From positions 608-64,607 of the forward strand of contig JBOIBN010000003.1 of assembly GCA_050739575.1 (NCBI GenBank): a DNA stretch of 64,000 nt. The letters are read 5' to 3'. Below, one piece after another: positions 1-9,580 of the stretch. The notes below the pieces were generated by a model, which worked only from the letters and a program-made list of their open reading frames with translations, had not been told where the DNA came from and searched no databases. The position numbers and the translations under genes were made by a program. The stretch is from Gammaproteobacteria bacterium. Its GTDB lineage: Bacteria; Pseudomonadota; Gammaproteobacteria; JAKDMP01. Positions within the stretch are counted from its first letter, which is position 1. The number at the start of each line of letters is the position of its first letter.

Positions 1-1554
1 ATCAATACGGGAACGAATACGATTGCCCGTACCATCCAGAACCTGTCCGGTGCCGATGCGGTTGCGATCAGTTCGGACGGTACGCGCATTTATGTCTCCG
101 AATCCGCGAGCGGCAAGATAGCCGTGTTCGACGGAACGAAGATAAGCGATCCGAACCAGAATCCGCTGATCAAGGAACTCGACATCGGCGGCCAGCCGGT
201 CGGGCTTGCATTGTCGCCCGACAATAAGACACTTTATGTCGCCGACGCCCAGAACAATCAGGCCGAAGCCGTGGATCTCAATTCCGGTAAGATCGCCAAG
301 CAGTACGCCGCCGGATCGGGCGTGCGTGCGCTTGCCCTGTCGCCCGACGGACATCTTCTTGCGATCGGCGCCAACGACAAGACCGTGACGCTTTATACAT
401 TGCCCTGGCAGTCGGGCTTCAGCGCCGTCAAGGTCGTCGTCAGTCTGTCGGCCGCACCCAAGGCGCTCGCGTTCGATGCACAGGGCCAGACCTTGTGGAT
501 CGCGACGGCTACGGGCTTTTCGAGCTACGATCGCAACTCCGGCGCGGTGACCGATCACCCCGAAAGCGGCGGCACGACCTCGGTGGCTTATTCCCCGCGC
601 CTGAACCTGGTGTACACGGGGGCCGGTACCGGCAACCTCGTTTACACCTATGTTCCCGGCGCCGGTACCGTGGGACAGATCGGCACCTATAAGCCGGTCA
701 GAGGATTGGCGCTTTCGCCCGACGGCACGCGCCTCTACGCGGTCCAGAACTGCTCCAACTGCGGTGTTGCAGTCATCTCCACCGCGCAGGGGCAGGCGCT
801 TACCCAAGTCAGTTTCGGCACCGCACCCGTGACCGCGGGACAGTTTGTGGGACCGGGTCCGATATACGCAGCGTACGCAACCACGAACAGTTCGGTCGGC
901 GAGCAGATATCGGGTACCGTCACCGCGACCGACGGCAAGAATCGCAGCCTGACCTATTCGAACCTGATTGCGCCGACGCTCGGGCAACTGAGCTTCAACG
1001 CCACGGGCGACTTTGCCTACACGCCGCCCGCCGGCTACTCGGGTCTCCAGGCCTTCGTGTGGCAGGCCGCGGCCGGAAGTGGCGACGGCTCGCCGAACCT
1101 GCCTTATTCACGGCCGATCACCCAGTCGCTCGCCATTTCGCCTACGGTAAGCTCTTTTGACAGTCAGAGTGCCGACGGCGGCGCCACCATCGGTCCGCTC
1201 ACGTTCACGATTGCCGGCACCACGCCGCTCACCGTCACCGTAATCAGCAACAACAACGGCGTCGTCAATCCGGCCAAGGCCACCATCAGTTCCGGCTGCG
1301 GCACGGACAGCATGAATTGCAACCTGACGCTGGTGGCGGGCAAATCCTCCGGCCAGAGTGCAAGGGTCACGGTGCAGGTCAGCGATCCCAGCGGACTGGT
1401 GGCGAGTACCTATTTCAAGGTGACGATCAAGGGCGGCAGCAGTGGCGGCGGCGCCCTCGCGCCGTGGTCGCTCGCATTGCTCGCCGTGCTCGCCGTGCTC
1501 GCCGGGTTCGTCGCACTGCGGAAAAGACGCCATGGAAACCTTCGCGAGCGTTAA
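1..1554 (+). CDS. YVTN-family beta-propeller repeat protein with Ig-like C-terminal region and C-terminal Gly-rich/hydrophobic/RKRR anchor; 5' end outside window
   Basis: Frame 1 is open from base 1. Repeated 'LSPDxxxLYVA...V.V.D' ~40-aa units match the YVTN repeat. C-terminus [34 protein letters not shown]. Confidence 0.7.
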   Translation: MNTGTNTIARTIQNLSGADAVAISSDGTRIYVSESASGKIAVFDGTKISDPNQNPLIKELDIGGQPVGLALSPDNKTLYVADAQNNQAEAVDLNSGKIAKQYAAGSGVRALALSPDGHLLAIGANDKTVTLYTLPWQSGFSAVKVVVSLSAAPKALAFDAQGQTLWIATATGFSSYDRNSGAVTDHPESGGTTSVAYSPRLNLVYTGAGTGNLVYTYVPGAGTVGQIGTYKPVRGLALSPDGTRLYAVQNCSNCGVAVISTAQGQALTQVSFGTAPVTAGQFVGPGPIYAAYATTNSSVGEQISGTVTATDGKNRSLTYSNLIAPTLGQLSFNATGDFAYTPPAGYSGLQAFVWQAAAGSGDGSPNLPYSRPITQSLAISPTVSSFDSQSADGGATIGPLTFTIAGTTPLTVTVISNNNGVVNPAKATISSGCGTDSMNCNLTLVAGKSSGQSARVTVQVSDPSGLVASTYFKVTIKGGSSGGGALAPWSLALLAVLAVLAGFVALRKRRHGNLRER

Positions 1555-2908
1555 TCCCGCGAGTGGCGAAACGATCGAGCGTTACGCACTCAGCTCCCCG
1601 GCCGAAACAGATGCAGCGCTCGCCCGCGCCGTCAAGGCCCAGTGGGACTGGGCCGAGCGACCGCTCTCCGAACGACTTGCGAAACTTTCATGCTTCGCCG
1701 ATCTCTTCGGGAAAAAGCAGGACGAACTCGCACGCCTGATGACGCGCGAAATGGGGAAACCCATCGCGCAAGCGCGAGCCGAAGCCGCCAAATGCGCGCT
1801 CGCCTTCCGCTATTACTGCGAGCATGCGCCGCGCCTTCTCGCCGACGAGCCGGTGGCAACCGATGCGGGTAAAAGCGCGATCGTCTATCAGCCGCTCGGC
1901 GTCGTATTCGCGATCATGCCGTGGAACTTCCCGTTCTGGCAGGTTGCGCGCTTTGCCGCGCCGGCGCTCGCCGCCGGCAACGCGGGCGTCTTGAAGCATG
2001 CGCCGAACACCACCGGTTGCGGGCTCGCCTTCGCCGCGCTCGCAAAGGAAGCCGACATTCCCGACGGCGTCTTCCAGACGTTGGTGCTGGACAACGACCA
2101 AGCCGCACGCGTGATCGCCGATTCGCGCATTGCCGCGGTCACGCTCACCGGCAGCGAACGCGCCGGGCGCGCGGTGGCAAAGACCGCGGGCGAGCATCTC
2201 AAGAAGTGCGTGCTCGAACTCGGCGGCTCGGATCCCTTCGTCGTGCTCGCCGACGCCGATCTCGAGCGTGCCGTCGAGGTTGGCGTCACGGCGCGCTTCC
2301 AGAATAACGGCCAGAGTTGCATCGCGGCCAAGCGCTTCATCGTCGAAGCGCCGCTCTACGACGAATTCTGCCAGCGTTTCCGCGCGCGCGTTGCAGTCCT
2401 CGAGGTCGGCGATCCGGCGGACGAGGCGAACGACATCGGTCCGCTCGCTCGCGACGATCTCCGCACGACACTCGCCGAACAGGTGCAGGCGAGCACGAAG
2501 GCAGGCGCGCGCGTACTCACGGGCGGCGAATCCGTCGCCGGAGCCGGTTTCTTTTACGCCCCGACCGTGCTCGCCGACGTCACCCGCGGCATGACGGCCG
2601 CCGAAGAAGAAGTCTTCGGACCGGTCGCGGCCGTGCTCCGCGCTGACGACGAAGCCGACGCGCTCGCGCTCGCCAATGCGACGCCCTACGGACTCGGCGG
2701 CAGCGTGTGGACATGCGATCTCGCCCGCGGCGAACGCTTCGCGCGCGCGCTTGCGAGCGGTTCGGCCTTCGTCAACGGCATGGTGAAAAGCGATCCGCGC
2801 CTGCCCTTCGGCGGAGTCAAACACTCTGGCTACGGGCGCGAACTCGCCGAAGCGGGATTGCGCGAATTCCTCAATATAAAAACACTATGGATTGCCGCCG
2901 ATTCCTGA
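1532..2908 (+). CDS. NAD(P)+-dependent aldehyde dehydrogenase (succinate-semialdehyde dehydrogenase-like)
   Basis: [13 protein letters not shown]... start at ATG 1532. Full-length ALDH-family similarity ([17 protein letters not shown], catalytic Cys region [12 protein letters not shown]). The upstream ORF extension is out of context. Confidence 0.85.
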   Translation: METFASVNPASGETIERYALSSPAETDAALARAVKAQWDWAERPLSERLAKLSCFADLFGKKQDELARLMTREMGKPIAQARAEAAKCALAFRYYCEHAPRLLADEPVATDAGKSAIVYQPLGVVFAIMPWNFPFWQVARFAAPALAAGNAGVLKHAPNTTGCGLAFAALAKEADIPDGVFQTLVLDNDQAARVIADSRIAAVTLTGSERAGRAVAKTAGEHLKKCVLELGGSDPFVVLADADLERAVEVGVTARFQNNGQSCIAAKRFIVEAPLYDEFCQRFRARVAVLEVGDPADEANDIGPLARDDLRTTLAEQVQASTKAGARVLTGGESVAGAGFFYAPTVLADVTRGMTAAEEEVFGPVAAVLRADDEADALALANATPYGLGGSVWTCDLARGERFARALASGSAFVNGMVKSDPRLPFGGVKHSGYGRELAEAGLREFLNIKTLWIAADS

Positions 2909-3011
2909 CCGCATAGTCGATGATGGCGCAATGCCTTCGATTTCCACGCTGGATAAGGGAATTAACGTGACTCCCCCTCAACCCTAATACAGAGGCTTGA
3001 CAATTCTCTGA

Positions 3012-3020
3012 GGGGGGGGG
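3012..3020. repeat. G9 homopolymer immediately 5' of a TATAAG -10-like hexamer, 84 bp upstream of lipoprotein start
   Basis: Direct read: ctctga-ggggggggg-tataagaacg. Confidence 0.9.
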
Positions 3021-3103
3021 TATAAGAACGCTGGGACCACCGTAATGCCGGCCGCATATTTGGTGGGTCGGCATATCTATAGCTCAAGAGAGCGGAGGTT
3101 TTT

Positions 3104-3724
3104 ATGTCGATCAAAATGTTACTGCCAATGAATTTAGGAGACGGAGGCACAAAGAAGCGGATACGGATTAGGATGGGGGTGCTTTTTTTAGCTGGGCTGC
3201 CAATCGTGGCATTAGTAGGTTGTACCTGCGGAGTGGGCGTCAGTCAAAAACAAGGGCTGTATGCAGGATGTTGGACAGATGTCGACCCCCCAGCTAACAC
3301 TCTAGGATCACTCGATACAACCCAAGCAATCGGTGGCCTAACCACCCAAAATGGAACCGTTGAAAATACCTCAGGAACATTTACGGTTACTGTATCCGAT
3401 ACAACGACTTCGGAAGTACTGGGTGAGACACAATTCGCGTATTACATCAGCAACAATTCTATATATGCTCAGGACCCGACTTTGGTACATACGTGGTTGG
3501 AAGGATTCTCTCAATACGGTAACGAGGATGTCACAGTTCACGTCGAGGCGGACGATATCGCGTTCCAACCCACAATAGAACAAGGAACGGCCACACTAAC
3601 TTTTGCTGCCAAATACCAGGGACTTACATACGGTTTGGCAACACTTCAGGAAGAAATAAACCCGCCGCGCTGCAAACCCCCAGCCGTAAATTGTCAACCC
3701 AAGCGACCGGGAGCTTCAGATTAA
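3104..3724 (+). CDS. hypothetical lipoprotein (lipobox LVGC) in low-GC islet
   Basis: GGAGG RBS 7 nt upstream of ATG 3104. Signal peptide with LVGC lipobox. Thr/Ser-rich mature part. Local GC ~45-50% versus ~67% in flanks. Confidence 0.55.
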   Translation: MSIKMLLPMNLGDGGTKKRIRIRMGVLFLAGLPIVALVGCTCGVGVSQKQGLYAGCWTDVDPPANTLGSLDTTQAIGGLTTQNGTVENTSGTFTVTVSDTTTSEVLGETQFAYYISNNSIYAQDPTLVHTWLEGFSQYGNEDVTVHVEADDIAFQPTIEQGTATLTFAAKYQGLTYGLATLQEEINPPRCKPPAVNCQPKRPGASD

Positions 3725-3751
3725 ACATGTAAATCATTTTTTAATTCCCAG

Positions 3752-3787
3752 GGCCAACGGCCTAACGGCCGTTGGCCTGATTTTTCT
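3752..3787 (+). terminator. rho-independent terminator (ggccaacggcc-taac-ggccgttggcc + T-run)
   Basis: Perfect 11-bp inverted repeat followed by tgatttttctt, 28 bp after the lipoprotein stop. Confidence 0.65.
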
Positions 3788-3911
3788 TATCTTAACGGGG
3801 TGTGTCAGTAGCTCTTATATTGCACGACAAATAGTCAGCCCAAGCCGACAGCAACGGTTCACAGAATCCACGCAGATTGTTGCTGAACCGTTTTATTCGC
3901 ATCGCTTTTCA

Positions 3912-4922
3912 TTGCCGGTCCATGCACCGGATGGTGGAACGATCAATGCGGCCATAATTGAGCCCGCTCTTTATGATCCGGAAATCAAGGTTTGGTATAA
4001 GGAAAATCAGTCGCAGGTTAAAACTAATCTTAATTTCCCCAAACTTCCAGCCCCGCCTGAGACCTCAGCTTTCAAACAGCTTGCCAAAAACAAACCTTTT
4101 GCAACCTACGCGGGAAGATTGAGTGGTTGGCTCGCAACCGTAAAGATAGACATGCCAATCGGCACCGTAATCATGTTGCCAGGTTTTGATATGAACCGAG
4201 CCAGTCTAATGCCTTGGGCACTCTTTTTCGCCGACCGTGGCTGGCGCGTTGTCTTGGTGGACTTGCGTGGACAGGGTACATCCAGTTCTCCTTACCTCAC
4301 GTGGGGAATTAAGGATCGGGATGATCTAAGTCGTCTTGTAGAGTTACTTGAAGCTCAACACATCTTGGTCCATCCGTGGATCTACTTCGGCGTTTCATAT
4401 GGTGCTGGTGTTGCGCTGATGGCGGCGGGAGACCGAGGGCATCCAGATGGTGTGATTGCTATTGCACCTTGGGAAACAGCTTCGGGCGTCATCCCGCGGT
4501 TTGCTCATAGCGTGGCTGGCGGATTGGCTCCCGGAAGCGCTTCTCCAAAGTGGGTGTCGGCAGAACAACAAGCAGGTCGTATCGCCGGGATCAATTTACA
4601 AGAGGCTCGCCCTATAGATTCAGTCGCATCTATCCCCATTCCTGTACTTTATTTAGGAGGAAGCGCAGATAGTGTCGCTCCTCCGGAAAATATCGAAATG
4701 ATGGCTCAAAAGACTCGCGAGGCAACAGTTGCGATAAAGAAGGGGTTAGCCCATATCGTTGTTGTGGCAGATGTGCCGGGTTTTTGTAGTTCGATCAACG
4801 ACTGGCTTAGCGCGACATTGCTAAAAAATCCTGTTCGTAAATGTTTTGTCAGTAAAAGCGTTAAAAACGGTCTGATTGAGGAAACTTACATTGGTGACAA
4901 GCTCAGCTCAGAATCGAATTAA
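3912..4922 (+). CDS. alpha/beta-hydrolase fold serine hydrolase (GVSYG nucleophile elbow)
   Basis: GxSxG motif 'GVSYGAG' and an alpha/beta hydrolase pattern (HG-like 'MLPGFD', LRGQG). Low-GC. The TTG start at 3912 is uncertain. Confidence 0.55.
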   Translation: MPVHAPDGGTINAAIIEPALYDPEIKVWYKENQSQVKTNLNFPKLPAPPETSAFKQLAKNKPFATYAGRLSGWLATVKIDMPIGTVIMLPGFDMNRASLMPWALFFADRGWRVVLVDLRGQGTSSSPYLTWGIKDRDDLSRLVELLEAQHILVHPWIYFGVSYGAGVALMAAGDRGHPDGVIAIAPWETASGVIPRFAHSVAGGLAPGSASPKWVSAEQQAGRIAGINLQEARPIDSVASIPIPVLYLGGSADSVAPPENIEMMAQKTREATVAIKKGLAHIVVVADVPGFCSSINDWLSATLLKNPVRKCFVSKSVKNGLIEETYIGDKLSSESN

Positions 4923-4966
4923 TGTAATACATCCGCTATCCGAAAAATATACAGTGCTCGCAGAGG

Positions 4967-5959
4967 TCAGTGCTCGGTTTTCATGGCGCGGCGCATCAGC
5001 GTCTCCACCGCCGCGCGCGGCGTGTGGATTCCGTCGAGCACGGCACGCACTTCTTCGCTGATTGGCATTTCGACTTCGAGTTCGCGCGCGAGCTTGGTGA
5101 GCGCGCGCGCGGCGGGAATCCCTTCGACGGCGGCGTCGATGGAGCTTTGCGCTTCGGCTACGCTTGCGCCGCGACCGAGCGCGAGTCCGAAGCGACGATT
5201 GCGTGACTGATCGTCGGTCGCGGTGAGCACCAGATCGCCGAGCCCCGCAAGACCGGTGAGTGTGCGGGGGAGGGCGCCGAGCGCCTTGCCCAGGCGCATG
5301 ATTTCGGCCAATCCACGGGTGATGAGTCCGGCGCGAGCATTGGCGCCAAAGCCGAGTCCGTCGCTGATGCCGGCGGCAATTGCAATCACGTTTTTGGCTG
5401 CGCCGCCGAGTTCGACGCCGACGAGATCGGTGCTGACGTAGGCGCGAAAGGTCGGTCCGTGCAGCAGACCGGCGAAACGTTCCGCAAGCCCGGCGTCGGT
5501 GGCCGCTACGGTGACCGCCGTCGGCAGTCCGCGGGCGACTTCAGCGGCGAAGCTGGGTCCGGACACGATGCCGAGTCCGCGCTTGGGACCGAGAATTGTT
5601 TGCGCGCGTTCGTGCAGCGGTCGGCCGTTCGCCGGGTCCAGTCCCTTGGTGGCCCAGAAGACCGGCGCCGCGCAGACCGGGGCGAGCGCGGCGAGTGTGT
5701 CCGCAAAGGCGTGGCTGGGCACGGCGACCAGCACCTGATCGGCACCATCGAGTGCCGCCGCGAAATCGCTTTCGGGTGTCAGTGTGGCTGGAAATTGCGC
5801 GCCCGGCAGGTAGCGATTATTTTCGCGCGCGGCCGCGAGCGTCGCCATGTGTTCGCGCCGATGTCCCCACAGGCGTACGGCATGACCGCTGCGGGAGATC
5901 TGGATGGCGAGCGCGCTGCCCCAGGCGCCGGCGCCGAGCACGGCGATCCTGGATTGCAC
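4967..5959 (-). CDS. gpsA: NAD(P)H-dependent glycerol-3-phosphate dehydrogenase
   Basis: RIAVLGAGAWGSALA Rossmann N-terminus plus GpsA-wide similarity (GLAEIMRLG, NRRFG). A GTG at 5957-5959 sits 4 nt after the secB stop. The alternative ATG at 6016 would overlap secB by 50 bp. Confidence 0.85.
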   Translation of the reverse strand: MQSRIAVLGAGAWGSALAIQISRSGHAVRLWGHRREHMATLAAARENNRYLPGAQFPATLTPESDFAAALDGADQVLVAVPSHAFADTLAALAPVCAAPVFWATKGLDPANGRPLHERAQTILGPKRGLGIVSGPSFAAEVARGLPTAVTVAATDAGLAERFAGLLHGPTFRAYVSTDLVGVELGGAAKNVIAIAAGISDGLGFGANARAGLITRGLAEIMRLGKALGALPRTLTGLAGLGDLVLTATDDQSRNRRFGLALGRGASVAEAQSSIDAAVEGIPAARALTKLARELEVEMPISEEVRAVLDGIHTPRAAVETLMRRAMKTEH

Positions 5960-5963
5960 GGTA

Positions 5964-6455
5964 CTAGCCGTCCAGCGGCCGTCCCTGCTGCGTTGCGTGC
6001 TGCTGATAAACCGCATCGAAGTCGATCGGTTGCAGCATGACGGGCAGGAAACCGCCGCGAACCACCAGATCGGAGACGGCCTGGCGTGCGTAGGGGAATA
6101 GCGCCTCGGGGGCGCGCGCGCCGAGCACCCGGCCCTGTTCGCTTTCCGGTACGTTGCCCAGCGTGACCACCGCGGCCATATGCACCTCGCAGACGAACAG
6201 GCTGCGTTCTCCGCTGCGCGCCTCGACGCTGATGCTCAGTATCACCTCGCGGGCTTCCGGGCGGTTGGCAAACCCATTGACCTGAGTCTGGAGGTTGATG
6301 CTTGCATCCGGCGGGGCGATCTGTTCGTTGAAGACCTCCGGCGACAGCGGAGATTCGAACGAGCAATCCTTCAAGTAGATGTGTTCGAAGGTGAATTGTC
6401 CCGCGCCCGGCGAGGCGAGCGGCGCACCGGCGATTGATTCGAGCGTATCGGCCAT
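5964..6455 (-). CDS. secB: protein-export chaperone SecB
   Basis: 163 aa with full SecB similarity (FEHIYLKDCSFESP...LFVCEVHMAAVV). Conserved secB-gpsA adjacency. Confidence 0.9.
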   Translation of the reverse strand: MADTLESIAGAPLASPGAGQFTFEHIYLKDCSFESPLSPEVFNEQIAPPDASINLQTQVNGFANRPEAREVILSISVEARSGERSLFVCEVHMAAVVTLGNVPESEQGRVLGARAPEALFPYARQAVSDLVVRGGFLPVMLQPIDFDAVYQQHATQQGRPLDG

Positions 6456-6561
6456 GGTTTTAGGTACCTGTGTTGAAATTTAGGAAACTGTAAATGTCAT
6501 GCCATTCGGGAGATTTTTTCGAGCCGAAAAACCGGGAAGCTCTGCGTTAACCGGAGGTTCC

Positions 6562-7056
6562 TTACTTCGCCTGTTCGAGCGGCAGATTTTCCTTGCGCCA
6601 AGTTGCAAGGCCACCCTTGAGCACGAACACGGACTCGAAACCGGCACGGCGCAGTACGTTCGCGGCGCGGCCGGCGTCGCGGGGGGTCGCGCCGACCGCG
6701 AGAACGGGCTTTCCGTGCTTGCGCTTGAGTTCCTCCGCCTGCTTGGCGAGATCACCAAGGGGAAAGTTGCGGGCGCCGACGATGTGTCCGCCGCGGTATT
6801 CGTCGTTTGCGCGACAGTCTACGACCAGTGCCCCGCGGTTGACGAGCAGGACGGCAGCTGCAGGAGTCAGTTCGCGCACGCCCTTTACACGGCGGTAGAT
6901 TTCATCGACGATAAGCAGTATCAGCACTACGACAAGTGCTGCCACCAATTGCCAATGTCGAGCGGCGAAATCCAAGTATTCTTGCACGTGGTTCGGATGA
7001 CAGGCGACAATTTGATAGTTTAGCCCACCGCTGCAGGCATGGTCCGCATGCGACAC
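6562..7056 (-). CDS. rhodanese-domain membrane protein (YibN-like)
   Basis: N-terminal TM helix and a rhodanese domain (VVDCRANDEYRGGHIVGARNFP). yibN-(grxC)-secB-gpsA synteny, with grxC absent. Confidence 0.65.
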   Translation of the reverse strand: MSHADHACSGGLNYQIVACHPNHVQEYLDFAARHWQLVAALVVVLILLIVDEIYRRVKGVRELTPAAAVLLVNRGALVVDCRANDEYRGGHIVGARNFPLGDLAKQAEELKRKHGKPVLAVGATPRDAGRAANVLRRAGFESVFVLKGGLATWRKENLPLEQAK

Positions 7057-7084
7057 TAGCCCGGGCTGTAAGGATTTCGTCTCG

Positions 7085-7981
7085 ATGAACCCGTTTCACG
7101 GCCGCGCGGGCGCCTTTGCCGCGCTCGGTCTGCTCGCCCTGATCTGGGGCTACAACTGGGTCGCGATGAAGGTCGCGCTCGAGTATGTGCCGCCGTTTCC
7201 CTTTGCCGCCCTGCGCGGAATCGGAGGGGGAATCGTTCTGCTGCTGTTGCTCGCGCTTCTGCGTAAACCGCTGCGCGTACGCACGCCGGGATGGATGGTC
7301 CTCCTCGCACTCACCCAGACCACCGGCTTTGCCGCCCTCACCAGCCTCGCGCTCGCCACCGGCAGTGCGGGCAAGGCGGCCATCCTGACTTACACCATGC
7401 CGTTCTGGGTTCTGGTGCTTGCGGCACCGCTCCTCGGCGAACAGATCACGCCCGGGCGGGCGATTGCGGGCGGACTAGGATTAATCGGTGTGGTTCTGAT
7501 TTTCGCGCCCTGGACGGCGCGCCCGGTCTACCTGAGTTCGCTCTATGCCGTGGGCGCGGGAATAAGCTGGGCGGCGGCGGTAGTCATCGCGAAGAAGACG
7601 CCCGTACACGGTATCTGGGAATTGCTAAACCTTAACGGGTGGCAGTCGCTCGTCGGCGGCGTGCCGCTCGCAGTGGCGGCAGTGCTGATGCCCTCGCCGC
7701 CGATTCACTGGACCTTGAGCTTCGATCTAGTGCTCGCCTACAACATCGTGCTCGCCACCAGCCTCGCCTGGTTTCTGTGGTTGTTCGTGCTTTCGCGCCT
7801 GTCGGCGGGTCTTTCGGGTCTCGCTTCGCTCGCGGTGCCGGTGATCGGCATCGTGGCGGCGTGGTTCCAACTCGGCGAACGGCCGACGCCCTGGGAAGGC
7901 GCCGGCGCGTTGGTGGTGATTGCCGGCCTGGCCGCGCTGGCCTGGAACAGAAGCCCTAGGAACCGCCTTGGGAAAGCTTGA
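7085..7981 (+). CDS. DMT-superfamily (EamA) transporter
   Basis: 10-TM hydrophobic profile with two EamA-like halves. Confidence 0.7.
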   Translation: MNPFHGRAGAFAALGLLALIWGYNWVAMKVALEYVPPFPFAALRGIGGGIVLLLLLALLRKPLRVRTPGWMVLLALTQTTGFAALTSLALATGSAGKAAILTYTMPFWVLVLAAPLLGEQITPGRAIAGGLGLIGVVLIFAPWTARPVYLSSLYAVGAGISWAAAVVIAKKTPVHGIWELLNLNGWQSLVGGVPLAVAAVLMPSPPIHWTLSFDLVLAYNIVLATSLAWFLWLFVLSRLSAGLSGLASLAVPVIGIVAAWFQLGERPTPWEGAGALVVIAGLAALAWNRSPRNRLGKA

Positions 7982-8783
7982 GCAGCGCGCCATTGGCGGC
8001 CGTCACCCCTGGCGCCGAGCAGACGTCATCAGGGTTGCCGCCGTCGAGCCGGCAGATCGCCGCGGTGAGGGCATTTACCTGCGGCATCGCTTGCTGGAAC
8101 AATGCGCTTTGTGGATCGGCGAAGGCTTTCGCAGCGGTATCCCAGTCCTTGCCCGTGAGATCTCCCGGCAGCAGCATCGGGCGATTAAGGACATATTGTC
8201 CGTCGAGATAGATGAACGGGATGGACCCGAACACTGGAGTGTAGGGTGGGGCGTCGTACGTGCTGTAAATTTTGTTTTGCTCATCCGTCGGCTTCATCAG
8301 CACCTTGCCGTTGCGGTCCTCGGTTTCTACCGGCTGGAAGACGAGATGATCGCTGGTGTATGTCGCGTGCAGGAAGGAGAATGTCGGCGTATTCGGATAG
8401 GCGTCCTGCGACGAGGAGAGCATGTAGTCAACCCCTTCGAGCTTGCCGAAGCGCACCAGCGTCAGTATCAGAGCCCAGCGCTGGCCCGCGCAGTAGGGGC
8501 AGAAATCCGCGCCCATGTAGAGCAAACCAACCTTGTCGCCGGTGCCGAGACGGGGGCCGTCTATGGCTTTGAGGTCCACCGGCTCGGGTACGACGGAAAG
8601 TCGGAGCCCCGCCTTGCTCGCTTGCTCGAGAGTGGTAATGAGGCTCGCAGGCACCGGCTTGTTGAGTTTCGCGGCGAGAGCGGGCGAGGTATTGTCTTGG
8701 GCGGAACCTAATACGCCGGCGGCGAACGCCGGGCTCGCAAATCCAGCGAGTACAAGAGCGAACAGTTTCAGGGGGCGGGGCAT
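7956..8783 (-). CDS. DUF929 thioredoxin-like secreted protein
   Basis: Signal peptide MPRPLKLFALVLAGFASPAFA. A CPYC motif (FCPYCAGQRWAL) lies in a DUF929-type context. Confidence 0.6.
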   Translation of the reverse strand: MPRPLKLFALVLAGFASPAFAAGVLGSAQDNTSPALAAKLNKPVPASLITTLEQASKAGLRLSVVPEPVDLKAIDGPRLGTGDKVGLLYMGADFCPYCAGQRWALILTLVRFGKLEGVDYMLSSSQDAYPNTPTFSFLHATYTSDHLVFQPVETEDRNGKVLMKPTDEQNKIYSTYDAPPYTPVFGSIPFIYLDGQYVLNRPMLLPGDLTGKDWDTAAKAFADPQSALFQQAMPQVNALTAAICRLDGGNPDDVCSAPGVTAANGALLKLSQGGS

Positions 8784-8854
8784 GGCGGTCTCCGTGTTGG
8801 CCTCGGGCCTATTATCGGCTACCGTGTGTGACCACACCAAATCTTCGACGTTCC

Positions 8855-9580
8855 ATGTGTGTCATCGCATGGGCCTGGCAGGTCCATCCCCGCTATCCGC
8901 TGATGGTGCTCGCAAACCGTGACGAACGCCATGCGCGTCCGGCCTTGTCCGCCCACTGGTGGACGGATGCGCCCGAGGTGCTCGCCGGGCGGGATGTCGA
9001 AGCGGGCGGAACTTGGCTCGGCATTACGCGTACAGGACGATTTGCGGCGGTGACCAATCGTCCCGGCGCGAAACCGCCGGACGCATCTTCACGCGGCGAT
9101 CTAACGGCGGATTTTCTTCGTGGCTTGGCAAGCGTCGAGGCGACTGCGGATGCGATCGCGACCCGGGCGGAAGCTTATGCGGGGTTCAACCTGCTGCTCG
9201 GCGACCGGACGACACTCGTGTTCGTCTCCAATCGGGAGACTTGCCGCCGGCTCGATCCTGGCGTTTACGGCATGGCGAACGGTGCACTCGACGAGCCGCT
9301 GCCCAAAGTAGAGCGGCTGGTTGTCGCGCTCGACGGTTCGAGCGCGGACGGCGCTGAGGCGGATGTGTGTCGCTGGCTTCATCTCCTCGAAGACGACAAG
9401 CCAGAACGCGGACGCGACAGCACCGGTGCGATCTTCGTGCGGGGCGCGGAGTACGGTACGCGTGCATCAAGCCTGCTCCTGATTTGCGCCGACGACCGTG
9501 TCCGTTTCGTCGAGCATGGTTTCGGCCCGCTTGGGCAGCGGCTGGGCATCGTGACCTTCGAATTCTGGATCGCGGCATGA
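8855..9580 (+). CDS. NRDE-family (DUF833/TANGO2-like) protein
   Basis: MCVIAW...LANRDE N-terminal signature and ~240 aa length. Confidence 0.7.
   Translation: MCVIAWAWQVHPRYPLMVLANRDERHARPALSAHWWTDAPEVLAGRDVEAGGTWLGITRTGRFAAVTNRPGAKPPDASSRGDLTADFLRGLASVEATADAIATRAEAYAGFNLLLGDRTTLVFVSNRETCRRLDPGVYGMANGALDEPLPKVERLVVALDGSSADGAEADVCRWLHLLEDDKPERGRDSTGAIFVRGAEYGTRASSLLLICADDRVRFVEHGFGPLGQRLGIVTFEFWIAA

Noticed and set aside
1688-2824. 378-aa ORF antisense to the aldehyde dehydrogenase gene, plus several other >100-aa ORFs in 1100-2650
   Set aside because: Arg/Ala-rich, low-complexity translations typical of high-GC antisense frames. The sense frame has full-length ALDH similarity.
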